Of a stretch of DNA of 51,837 bases, positions 7,806 to 16,055 are shown one piece after another (within the stretch, counting starts at the first letter, position 1; each line of letters opens with the position of its first letter). This stretch comes from Bacteroidales bacterium. Its GTDB lineage: Bacteria > Bacteroidota > Bacteroidia > Bacteroidales > B18-G4. A program made the translations under genes and the position numbers. Where the stretch lies: contig JAXGTH010000003.1 in assembly GCA_040775045.1 (NCBI GenBank), positions 1 through 51,837 on the forward strand, given 5' to 3'. The notes under the pieces are model-generated. The model did no database searches, was not told where the DNA came from, and was given only the letters and a program-made list of their open reading frames with translations.

Positions 7806-9995
7806 CTACCTGATAAACAACAATTCCCTGTATTTTGGCAGCGGCCACAACTCGTCGTCAACAAGCAATTCAAGTTTATCGACATGGCGACGGATAGGCT
7901 CGAAATATGCCATCACCTTCTCATGATAAGCGGCAGCAGCCTCCTCATGGGTAGGAAGTTTGTTGGCAACCTTCCGTTCTTCGAGCATGGCATCGACCAG
8001 GGTTTTCACTTCAGTGATGTGCCAGGAAATCTCCTTGATGGTCTGCACCTGCAATCGCGATAACTTGATGTAGGTTTTGGGATCAAGCACCTCGCTGAGG
8101 CCCCTGGCATTCTCTATCAGGATGTTCTGGTATTTCACCGCAATGGGAATAATGTGGTTGTTGGCCAGGTCGCCGATCACACGCGATTCGATCTGGATTT
8201 TCTTGACATAGTTCTCGAGCTTAATGTCGTATCTGGCGTATAGTTCCCTCCTGGTAAGGACTTTATTTTCTTCGAAAAGCCTCACGGTTTCGTCGCTGAT
8301 GTATGCTTTCAATGCCTCCGGAGTCGATTGCAGGTTAGGCAACCCCCTCCTTGATGCTTCTTCCACCCATTCCTGGCTGTATGAATTCCCCTCGAAACGG
8401 ATCTTCTTAGAGGCCTTGATGTATTCCTTTACGACCTGGTAAATGGCCTTGTTCCTGGGTATTTTCCTGGCAATGAGGGCATCAACCTCTCGCTTGAATT
8501 CCCTGAGCTGGTCGGCCACGATCAGGTTGAGGGCCGTCATGGCATTGGAGCATGTATCAGATGAACCTACTGCACGGAACTCGAATTTATTTCCAGTAAA
8601 AGCAAAGGGCGAAGTCCTGTTGCGATCGGTATTGTCAGCAAGGATCTCCGGGATCTTGGGGATACTGAGGTTCATTTCGAGCTGTCCCCCCGTCTTAAGT
8701 TTCCCGTTGATCCTGCTCTTTTCAATCTCGTCAAGCGTACTGCTTAAATGGGAGCCGATGAATGCCGAAACGATCGCCGGGGGAGCTTCGTGGGCGCCCA
8801 GCCTGAGATCGTTACCTGCCGATGCAATGCTGGCACGCAGCAGTCCTGCATGCTTGTCAAGTGCCATGAGCACGTTCACAAGAAAAGTGATGAAGCGAAG
8901 ATTGGATTTTGAATCTTTCCCGGGGCTCAGCAAATTTATGCCGTTATCGGTCGACAAGGACCAGTTGTTGTGCTTCCCTGATCCATTCACCCTGGCATAA
9001 GGCTTTTCATGGAGCAATACCGTAAGGTCATGGTTCCGGGCCACTTTCTGCATAATATGCATAAGTAACTGGTTGTGATCCACTGCCAGGTTCACTTCCT
9101 CGTATACGGGGGCACACTCGAACTGGTTGGGCGCTACTTCGTTATGCCTTGTCTTCAATGGTATTCCAAGCCTGTGGCACTCGTATTCGAATTCCTTCAT
9201 GAATTCTTTCGCACGGGGTGCTATGCTCCCGAAATAATGGTCCGAAAGCTGCTGGTCCTTGGCGGAAGCATGCCCGAAAACCGTCCTGCCGGTGAGTACC
9301 AGGTCGGGACGGGCCAGGTAGAGGGCCGTATCAACAAGAAAATACTCTTGTTCCCAGCCCAGTGTGGGGAAAACTTTTGACACATCCCTGTCGAAATAGC
9401 GACAGACCTCCGTAGCAGCCTTGTCGATGGCATCGATGGCGCTCAGCAAAGGGGTCTTGTAGTCGAGGGCCTCGCCGGTATAGGACACAAAAATCGTGGG
9501 TATACAGAGCGTATGGTCCATGATGAAAGCCGGACTGGTAGGATCCCAGGCAGTATAGCCCCTGGCCTCGAAGGTGTTGCGTATGCCACCACTGGGAAAG
9601 CTGGAAGCGTCGGGTTCCTGCTGTATGAGTTGACCACCCTGGAAATTCTCGATGGCCTTGCCTCCCCCCATAGGATTGATAAAGGCATCATGCTTTTCGG
9701 CTGTCGCACCGGTAAGCGGATGAAACCAATGCGTGTAATGGGTCGCTCCCTTGCTCATGGCCCAGGCCTTAAGGGATGCAGCGATCTGATCAGCCATTTT
9801 GCGGTCGATCTTCTCCCCCTGCTGCATTGATCGCAACACCTGTATGTAGGCATCACCGGGCAGGAACTCCTGCATGGATACCTGGTTAAAGGTTTGCTCG
9901 CCAAAATAGTCGGAGATCTTTCCTGATGGTAACCTGAACACTACGGCTTTCCTGTTCAGGGTGGCCTCAAGGGCCTTGAAGCGGATGTTTTCCAT
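7806..9995 (-). CDS. glnN: Glutamine synthetase, type III
   Basis: 729 aa, the characteristic GSIII length. The N-terminus (MENIRFKALE...FGEQTFN) and core blocks (NEVAPNQFECAP, HEKPYARVNGSGKHNNWS) match Bacteroides/cyanobacterial GSIII as I recall it. Confidence 0.85.
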   Translation of the reverse strand: MENIRFKALEATLNRKAVVFRLPSGKISDYFGEQTFNQVSMQEFLPGDAYIQVLRSMQQGEKIDRKMADQIAASLKAWAMSKGATHYTHWFHPLTGATAEKHDAFINPMGGGKAIENFQGGQLIQQEPDASSFPSGGIRNTFEARGYTAWDPTSPAFIMDHTLCIPTIFVSYTGEALDYKTPLLSAIDAIDKAATEVCRYFDRDVSKVFPTLGWEQEYFLVDTALYLARPDLVLTGRTVFGHASAKDQQLSDHYFGSIAPRAKEFMKEFEYECHRLGIPLKTRHNEVAPNQFECAPVYEEVNLAVDHNQLLMHIMQKVARNHDLTVLLHEKPYARVNGSGKHNNWSLSTDNGINLLSPGKDSKSNLRFITFLVNVLMALDKHAGLLRASIASAGNDLRLGAHEAPPAIVSAFIGSHLSSTLDEIEKSRINGKLKTGGQLEMNLSIPKIPEILADNTDRNRTSPFAFTGNKFEFRAVGSSDTCSNAMTALNLIVADQLREFKREVDALIARKIPRNKAIYQVVKEYIKASKKIRFEGNSYSQEWVEEASRRGLPNLQSTPEALKAYISDETVRLFEENKVLTRRELYARYDIKLENYVKKIQIESRVIGDLANNHIIPIAVKYQNILIENARGLSEVLDPKTYIKLSRLQVQTIKEISWHITEVKTLVDAMLEERKVANKLPTHEEAAAAYHEKVMAYFEPIRRHVDKLELLVDDELWPLPKYRELLFIR

Positions 9996-10175
9996 GTTTT
10001 TTTTAATAATGTGATCATTGTGACATTGCCAGGTGTAATGGATATTTACCGGGTCTCATCCAGGCAACAGTTTCTCTGGTTATGGACCGGAAATCCTTGC
10101 CCAAATGCAGTATTATACTCTCATAAACAAGTCGCTAAAATATCTAACAATCAATATATATCCAAACTGAACTTT

Positions 10176-11624
10176 TCACTTTTTACTAACAAGGAACAGG
10201 CCTGAAAAAGTAATAAATCCATTGACCAGCAGCAATTCGAAACCAAGGTCGTAACCATGGAAAAGCTGCTGGTCGTAAATGCTCAGCAGATAGCAAATGG
10301 TAGGTGACATTAGGGCGATGAAGGGCACATACCTGTCCCTGACACTATATTTCGTAAAGAGGCCGAAAGCGAACATCCCCAGCAGTGGTCCATAGGTATA
10401 TCCGGCAATGGTAAATAGGCTGGCGATCACACTCTGGTCACTGATGGCATTGAAGAGCACGATCACAAGGAGCACAACCATGGAAATCCCGAGGTGTGTC
10501 CGGTAACGGATCCTCGTTTTCTGCCGGGGAGTAATATTATTTCTGTTCCCTATCCCGAGAATATCAACGGAGAATGAGGTTGTCAGCGCAGTTAGGGCAC
10601 TATCGGCGCTGGAATAGGCCGCGGCGATAAGCCCTATGATAAATGTAACTCCACCAACAGGTCCCAGGTACCGCAAGGCTACAGTCGGAAAAAGGTCGTC
10701 AGTGGTATCCAGGGAGGGAAACCCAACAATGCTGCCGGCATAGATCCACAGGACTGCGCCCAAAGCAAGAAACAGCAAATTGACCGGCACCAGGGCTACA
10801 CTCAGCATATACACATTCTTTTTTGCTTCCTTCAGGTTCCTGCACGACAGGTTTTTTTGCATCATGTCCTGGTCGAGGCCAGTCATGACAATGGCTATGA
10901 ACATTCCCGCCAGGAAATCCTTTACCACATAATGCCGGTCGCGCCATTCGGTGATAAACATGCGGCTGTATTCACTGTTCCTGACATCCTGTATCAAACG
11001 GCTGAAATCCCATCCCATCTCGTTGGAAATGAAGATAAGGGTCAGTACCACCGCCACGAGCATAAACGTGGTCTGCAGGGTATCGGTCCACACGATGGTC
11101 CTGATGCCACCCCGGAAGGTATAAAGCATGATAAGCAAGATGAAAAAGGCCACGGTTGCCCAGAAAGGGATGCCCCAGGCATCGAAGACAAAAACCTGCA
11201 ATACATTAACAACCAGAAACATCCTGAAAGATGCCCCGATGATCCTCGAGATCAGGAAGAACACCGCGCCCGTCTTATACGACCAGAAACCAAATCGCTG
11301 CCCGAGATAACTGTAAATGGAGGTGAGCTGAAGCCGGTAATACAGAGGCAGGAGCACATTGGCGATCACATAATAACCGATAAGGTAACCCAGCACGATC
11401 ACCATGTATGAAAACTGCGTATTCTTTACATCCCCCGGGATGGAGATAAAGGTAACCCCGCTCAGTGATGCTCCGATCATTCCGTATGCCACCACAAACC
11501 ATGGCGAACGCCTGTTCCCGAGCATGAAGGTCTCATTGTCGGCCTTCCTCGATGTGATGAAGCTTACGGCAAACAACATTACCGAATACAATGCAAATGC
11601 CGTGAATATCAGGGCTGGGGTCAA
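10176..11624 (-). CDS. Sodium:solute symporter (SSF) family transporter
   Basis: 482-aa polytopic protein with an SSF-like N-terminus (...FMLGNRRSPWFVVAYGMIGASLSGVTFISIPG...). The start codon at 11624 is TTG; the next ATG is 15 codons in, so the start is uncertain. Confidence 0.75.
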   Translation of the reverse strand: MTPALIFTAFALYSVMLFAVSFITSRKADNETFMLGNRRSPWFVVAYGMIGASLSGVTFISIPGDVKNTQFSYMVIVLGYLIGYYVIANVLLPLYYRLQLTSIYSYLGQRFGFWSYKTGAVFFLISRIIGASFRMFLVVNVLQVFVFDAWGIPFWATVAFFILLIMLYTFRGGIRTIVWTDTLQTTFMLVAVVLTLIFISNEMGWDFSRLIQDVRNSEYSRMFITEWRDRHYVVKDFLAGMFIAIVMTGLDQDMMQKNLSCRNLKEAKKNVYMLSVALVPVNLLFLALGAVLWIYAGSIVGFPSLDTTDDLFPTVALRYLGPVGGVTFIIGLIAAAYSSADSALTALTTSFSVDILGIGNRNNITPRQKTRIRYRTHLGISMVVLLVIVLFNAISDQSVIASLFTIAGYTYGPLLGMFAFGLFTKYSVRDRYVPFIALMSPTICYLLSIYDQQLFHGYDLGFELLLVNGFITFSGLFLVSKK

Positions 11625-11651
11625 ACCTGTGCTTTTAAGTTATCAACAGCG

Positions 11652-11659
11652 CAAAGATA
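11652..11659 (-). promoter_or_regulatory. -7 promoter box (TATCTTTG on the minus strand) for the symporter gene
   Basis: Exact TAnnTTTG, 27 nt upstream of the TTG at 11624. Confidence 0.5.
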
Positions 11660-11699
11660 GGTTAAAATGGGCACGGAAAAATAGCGTAAAATTCCGGTG

Positions 11700-12251
11700 T
11701 CAGGCAAGCCGGGCAGCAAAGGCAGTCAGTGATGGAAAGCGGAAGTCGAAATGTTCTCCGGCGACCTTCTCCCCATCAGGAAGGATGAATACCCTGATCA
11801 TTCCCAGTCGCTTCCCGAATTCCATGTCGTGCATGCTGTCACCGACAATGATCGATTTTTTAAAGTCGATCTCGGGAAAATCCTGTTGCGCCTTCAGTGC
11901 CATGCCTGTATTGGGCTTCCTCATCGGGTCCTCATCACGCTCAAGGCTTGAGCAGTGGTAAATCTTATGAATGTACCCACCGGCCTTGACGATGCCGTCG
12001 ACCATATGATCGTGGATGATCCGAAGGTCCTCCTCGGTCATCAGCCCCTTGCCTATCCCCTGCTGGTTTGTAACCACCAGAATGCGTCCGAATATCCCGA
12101 ACAGTGAAGCGATTGCTTCAGGCACCCTTTCGAGGAAGCGGAACTCTGATGTATTTTTTACATAATCATCCTCCAACCGCTCGTTGATCACGCCATCGCG
12201 GTCGAGAAAAAGGGTCCATTCCCTGTCAATGTATAAGTCCTTCAAATGCAT
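11700..12251 (-). CDS. gmhB: HAD-IIIA phosphatase, D-glycero-D-manno-heptose-1,7-bisphosphate phosphatase-like
   Basis: HAD motifs are present: LFLDRDGVIN (motif I), VVTNQ (II), K...GD (III/IV). Size and layout match GmhB/HisB-N. Start taken at ATG 12251 (MHLKDLY), overlapping the upstream gene by 26 nt; the longer ORF to 12347 would lie inside that gene. Confidence 0.7.
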   Translation of the reverse strand: MHLKDLYIDREWTLFLDRDGVINERLEDDYVKNTSEFRFLERVPEAIASLFGIFGRILVVTNQQGIGKGLMTEEDLRIIHDHMVDGIVKAGGYIHKIYHCSSLERDEDPMRKPNTGMALKAQQDFPEIDFKKSIIVGDSMHDMEFGKRLGMIRVFILPDGEKVAGEHFDFRFPSLTAFAARLA

Positions 12252-12936
12252 CCTGTGCCTCTTTATAGTCCTCCGGTATCCCGATATCCAGGAAAAAGCT
12301 GAAACAACGGACGCCAAAGATACGCTGTATAGCAAAGTACCGTTCAAAATAATCTTTCTCTATGCTGAATTTTTCCGGCAGATCAGTATGCATAAATGAT
12401 TTCCTGTTGATGATATAGGTTCCGCCATTGATAAAGCCCATGCCGCCCTGGCTTCCTTTTTCAACAAAATCTGTGATCCGGTTTTCCAGGTCGATCTTCA
12501 CAGCGCCGTAGCGGGAAATATCGCCCACTTTCCGCAGTGCCATGCAGGCATCTGCTTCATGTGCCCGGTGAAAATTGGCTATTTTCCAAAGGTTTGCATC
12601 AAAGTAAGTGTCGCCGTTCAACACATATGCCGTAGGTCCTTTGACATGCTCCATTGCCCGCTTTACTGCACCTCCTGTACCCAGGGGTTCATGCTCGACC
12701 GAATAGATGATATCCTGCTCATGAAACCTGCTTCCGAAATGCGCTTCGATCATTTCATGTCTGTGTCCCGTGGCGAGGATAAGTTTTGTAACCCCCCATT
12801 TGTTAAGGTAAGAGAAAAGGTATTCAAGGAATGGACGTCCCCTGACAGGCGCCATTGGCTTGGGTATCTCGTCCCCGATGACCTCCCTGAGCCTCGTTCC
12901 CAGACCTCCTGCGAGTATGATAGCCTCATTGATCAT
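12226..12936 (-). CDS. Sugar-1-phosphate nucleotidylyltransferase (HddC-like heptose-1-phosphate guanylyltransferase candidate)
   Basis: The N-terminal ILAGGLGTRL...PKPM signature of the NTP_transferase family, 236 aa. It is co-transcribed with the GmhB-like phosphatase. Confidence 0.7.
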   Translation of the reverse strand: MINEAIILAGGLGTRLREVIGDEIPKPMAPVRGRPFLEYLFSYLNKWGVTKLILATGHRHEMIEAHFGSRFHEQDIIYSVEHEPLGTGGAVKRAMEHVKGPTAYVLNGDTYFDANLWKIANFHRAHEADACMALRKVGDISRYGAVKIDLENRITDFVEKGSQGGMGFINGGTYIINRKSFMHTDLPEKFSIEKDYFERYFAIQRIFGVRCFSFFLDIGIPEDYKEAQDAFEGLIH

Positions 12937-12990
12937 GACAGTGGTAAAGATAAGCTATTTCCCTTAGGTTTGCCTGAGGCAGATGATGTT

Positions 12991-13039
12991 GATACCAGAT
13001 ACCGGATACCAGATGCCAGATGCCGGATACTGGATACTG
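12991..13039. repeat. Seven tandem heptamers GATACCA-GATACCG-GATACCA-GATGCCA-GATGCCG-GATACTG-GATACTG
   Basis: Read directly. Strict 7-nt period with point variants, in the intergenic region between the ClC gene stop and the nucleotidyltransferase gene start. Confidence 0.85.
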
Positions 13040-13080
13040 CCTTTCGACTCAGGATGACAATCATGCTGAATACGGATCTC

Positions 13081-13108
13081 ATTACTCATTACTCAGTACT
13101 CATTACTC
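13081..13108. repeat. Four tandem heptamers ATTACTC-ATTACTC-AGTACTC-ATTACTC
   Basis: Read directly, 41 nt from the previous heptamer array in the same intergenic region. Confidence 0.8.
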
Positions 13109-13150
13109 ACATCTAATGACTATCTTCCCTATTCCTTTTTCCCTGCACAT

Positions 13151-14929
13151 CTATCCTTCCTGCGACACATCCTTCAGGGTCTTTCGATAGGCGCTCAGCA
13201 CATGGGCCCTGCTCACAAATCCGACATACTTGCCATCGTCGATCACGGGCAGATTATAATAGCCTGTAGAGTTGAATTTCTCCATCACTGCTTTCATGGA
13301 ATCATTTGAAGATACGTGATCGAGGGGCTGAAAGATATATTTCTGGATGGGGTTACCGTATTTCGACCGGTCGAACATTTCGGCCCGGATATCGTTCAGG
13401 TCGATCACGCCAAGGAAATTGTTTTCCTCATCGATCACTGGATACATGTTCCTTTTCGACTTTGCGATCACCCTGGTCAGGTCGCCAAGAGTACCTTCCT
13501 TTCCAATGGTCATGATGTTCCTGTCGATCACGCTGCTGATGTTCATAACTGTGAGGACGGTCTGGTCCTTGTCTTTCGAGATCAGCTCACCCCTGAGCGC
13601 CAGTTGCCGGGTGAAAATGGAATGAGGGTCGAAAGTCTTGATGGTGAAGAAAGAAATGGCAGTTGCCAGCATCAGGGGCACGATGAGTTCATAACCATTA
13701 GTCATTTCAGCGATGAGAAAGATGGCGGTAAGGGGTGCATGCAGCACGCCGCCCAGCACCCCTGCCATCCCCACAAGGGTAAAATTCCCTTCATGGAGCG
13801 GGGCCACGATCTTCATGTCGTTGACCAGCCGGGCAAAGGCAAAGCCCATGAAGCCGCCGGTTACCGCGCTGGGTGCGAATATCCCGCCAATGCCGCCCCC
13901 TTCGGTGGTCAGGGTCGTGGCAATGACCTTTAACAGCATCATGCCTACCACCAGCAGGATGAAAACCCATGCATGATCCCTGAAGGAATAAAAGAAACTG
14001 TTGTTCAGGAGTTCGGCCGAACGCCCCGAAACGATGAGTTTGATGCTGTCATACCCCTCGCCGTATAGTGTTGGGAAGATGAAAATGAGCAGGCCCAGGG
14101 CCAGTCCGCAGACAGCTGCCTTCACCCACGTATGCTTAACTTTTGCCGCAAGGTTGACCACGGCATAGTGCATCCTGTTAAAATACAATGACAGTAGCCC
14201 AGCCATGACGCCAAGTACAATAAAAAAGGGGATATCGGAAATGGCAAACTCCTGAGTAACCTTGAAATGCACCAGCATTTTCTCAGCCAGCAGCAATTTG
14301 GTGGTGATGGCCCCCGTAACCGAAGCCATGAGCAAGGGTATGATGGATGCGGTCGTGAGGTCGAGCATAAGCACTTCCAGGCTAAAGATCACGGCAGCAA
14401 TCGGCGTGGTAAAGATCGAGGCGATGGCCCCGGCGGCACCGCAGCCGATCAGCAGGGTGGTATAACGGTAATTGAGCCTCAGGCCCTGGGCGATCCCGGA
14501 ACCAAGTGATGCACCCGAAGAGATGATGGGCGATTCAAGGCCTATTGACCCTCCAAAGCCTGCCGTGAGCGAACTTCCAAAGAGGGAAGAGAACACCCGT
14601 CGGAATTTCATCTTGCCATCGAGCCTGCTGATCACATACAGGATTCGTGGTATGCCATGGATATCCTTATCCCTGATGATGAAACGGATCAGGATGATGG
14701 TGAGGAAGATGCCCAGGGCCGGATACAGTACATACCAGTAATTCTGCGTCTGCAGCCTGAATTCGGCAGTTAACAACTCCTCTATATAAAAAACCGCCGA
14801 TTTCAACAGATAGGCCGCCATGCCGGCAAGAAAGCCGATCAGTGCACTGAGGATGATAATGAAATACCTGTCGCTCAAGTGCTTGCTGCGCCATACAAGG
14901 AAACGTCCGATGTAGGTCTTCACTGACAT
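13151..14929 (-). CDS. ClC-family chloride channel / H+-Cl- antiporter with a C-terminal CBS pair
   Basis: 592 aa. The polytopic N-terminal ~430 aa carry ClC-like selectivity segments (GGSIGLESP, GGIGGIFAPS). The C-terminal ~140 aa look like two CBS modules (...MYPVIDEENNFLGVIDLNDI..., ...NLPVIDDGKYVGFVSRAHVL...). Confidence 0.85.
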   Translation of the reverse strand: MSVKTYIGRFLVWRSKHLSDRYFIIILSALIGFLAGMAAYLLKSAVFYIEELLTAEFRLQTQNYWYVLYPALGIFLTIILIRFIIRDKDIHGIPRILYVISRLDGKMKFRRVFSSLFGSSLTAGFGGSIGLESPIISSGASLGSGIAQGLRLNYRYTTLLIGCGAAGAIASIFTTPIAAVIFSLEVLMLDLTTASIIPLLMASVTGAITTKLLLAEKMLVHFKVTQEFAISDIPFFIVLGVMAGLLSLYFNRMHYAVVNLAAKVKHTWVKAAVCGLALGLLIFIFPTLYGEGYDSIKLIVSGRSAELLNNSFFYSFRDHAWVFILLVVGMMLLKVIATTLTTEGGGIGGIFAPSAVTGGFMGFAFARLVNDMKIVAPLHEGNFTLVGMAGVLGGVLHAPLTAIFLIAEMTNGYELIVPLMLATAISFFTIKTFDPHSIFTRQLALRGELISKDKDQTVLTVMNISSVIDRNIMTIGKEGTLGDLTRVIAKSKRNMYPVIDEENNFLGVIDLNDIRAEMFDRSKYGNPIQKYIFQPLDHVSSNDSMKAVMEKFNSTGYYNLPVIDDGKYVGFVSRAHVLSAYRKTLKDVSQEG

Positions 14930-15071
14930 GGTAATCCGCCATGCAAGATAACAATAATAAATTTTTGGTTTTGAGTTTTTAATGTTGAATTAGCATAAGC
15001 CGATCGGATCTTTTCGCACCGTCATTCGATATTTCGTGCAGGGTTTAAAGGGGGGCGACAAGGATTTGGGT

Positions 15072-15079
15072 TATCTTTG
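15072..15079 (+). promoter_or_regulatory. -7 promoter box TATCTTTG
   Basis: Exact TAnnTTTG only 6 nt before the ATG at 15086. It contains the TTG (15077) used by the ORF track, so a leaderless or near-leaderless mRNA is implied. Confidence 0.5.
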
Positions 15080-15085
15080 CAGGCC

Positions 15086-15874
15086 ATGAAGAGGATCATC
15101 AGCTTTTTAACGCGTTTTATTCCCCGCAGGCATCTGCAGCGGGTCAGCCATTTCATCCTCAGGATAATCTCTCCTTTATATAAGGGTAACAGGAAGGAGT
15201 GCCCGGTATGCGGCCGAACATACAGCCGGTTCATGCCTTACGGCAGGATCGTCAGGAGGGAAAATGCCCTTTGCCCGGGATGCCTTTCGCTTGAACGGCA
15301 CCGACTGATCTGGCTTTTCCTGAAAACCCGGACCGATTTTTTCGCAGCGAAGCTGAAAGTGCTGCATGTGGCCCCTGAATATTGTTTCATCAGGCGCTTC
15401 AAGGCCTTGCCGAACCTCGACTACCTTACGGCCGACCTGGAGTCGCCGCTCGCCGACGTAAAACTCGATATCAGGGACATCCCTTTCGGGGAGGGCACAT
15501 TCGATGTGGTCATCTGCAACCATACCCTGGAGCATGTCGATGACGACCGCAAGGCCATGCGGGAATTTTACCGTGTGCTGAAGCCTGGCGGCTGGGCAGT
15601 GCTCAACTCTCCCATCAACGAGAACAGGAGCAAGACCTACGAGGATTTTTCCATAACGGAGCCGGCTGAGCGGGAAAAACATTTCGGGCAACGCGACCAT
15701 GTGCGCGAGTATGGTATGGATTATGCCGACCGCCTCACCGAAGCCGGATTCACCGTTAAGATCGTCGATATCCTTGCCGACCTCAGCCAGCAGGAGATCG
15801 ACAGGTACGGATTGTTGCACTATGGAAAGAAGACCGCCGAGGAAATGATCTACCTCACGATCAAACCCGAATAA
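15086..15874 (+). CDS. Class I SAM-dependent methyltransferase with an N-terminal Cys4 zinc ribbon
   Basis: CPVCG...17 aa...CPGC, followed by a Methyltransf_11-like core (VLHVAPE..., DVVICNHTLEHVDDDRKAMREFYRVLKPGGWAVL). Confidence 0.75.
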   Translation: MKRIISFLTRFIPRRHLQRVSHFILRIISPLYKGNRKECPVCGRTYSRFMPYGRIVRRENALCPGCLSLERHRLIWLFLKTRTDFFAAKLKVLHVAPEYCFIRRFKALPNLDYLTADLESPLADVKLDIRDIPFGEGTFDVVICNHTLEHVDDDRKAMREFYRVLKPGGWAVLNSPINENRSKTYEDFSITEPAEREKHFGQRDHVREYGMDYADRLTEAGFTVKIVDILADLSQQEIDRYGLLHYGKKTAEEMIYLTIKPE

Positions 15875-15878
15875 TCAA

Positions 15879-15910
15879 TTCCTGTTCGTATTCCCGGTTC
15901 CCCTGTTCCC
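15879..15910. repeat. Degenerate TTCC-rich short tandem repeats (TTCCTG-TTCGTA-TTCCCGG-TTCCCCTG-TTCCC)
   Basis: Read directly, just after the methyltransferase stop. Confidence 0.5.
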
Positions 15911-15919
15911 TTTTTTAGC

Positions 15920-15987
15920 AACCGCTACGCGGTTGAAAGGTATACACGCCCATTTTTCTGCTACCATTCAGGAACCGCTACGCGGTT
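15920..15987. repeat. Two identical copies of the 15-nt hairpin-forming motif AACCGCTACGCGGTT (15920-15934 and 15973-15987)
   Basis: Read directly. Each copy is a 6-bp stem (AACCGC/GCGGTT) with a 3-nt loop. The copies are 53 nt apart in the convergent intergenic region. Confidence 0.75.
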
Positions 15988-16026
15988 CAGCAATCCTCAA
16001 AGTATTCCCTTATCCTTGTTTTTATT

Positions 16027-16048
16027 CTTGTTCCTTGTTCCTCGGTTC
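16027..16048. repeat. Tandem heptamers CTTGTTC-CTTGTTC-CTCGGTTC
   Basis: Read directly, just before the stop of the minus-strand GHMP kinase gene. Confidence 0.6.
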
Positions 16049-16055
16049 TACTGTT

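Noticed and set aside
10010-10026. A TGTGA-TCAT-TGTGA direct repeat just upstream of the glnN start, as a possible CRP/NtcA-like site.
   Set aside because: It is a direct rather than inverted repeat, lies only about 15 nt from the ATG (inside the likely 5' UTR), and does not match the GTA-N8-TAC or TGTGA-N6-TCACA consensus.
12991-13108. A possible CRISPR array or other spacer-repeat structure.
   Set aside because: The repeat unit is only 7 nt, the copies are contiguous with no spacers, and no cas genes are in the window.
12559-13116. A 185-aa plus-strand ORF spanning the heptamer arrays.
   Set aside because: Its first half is antisense to the nucleotidyltransferase gene. The rest merely translates the tandem repeats (…DTRYRIPDARCRILDT…). 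It has no start context or promoter box.
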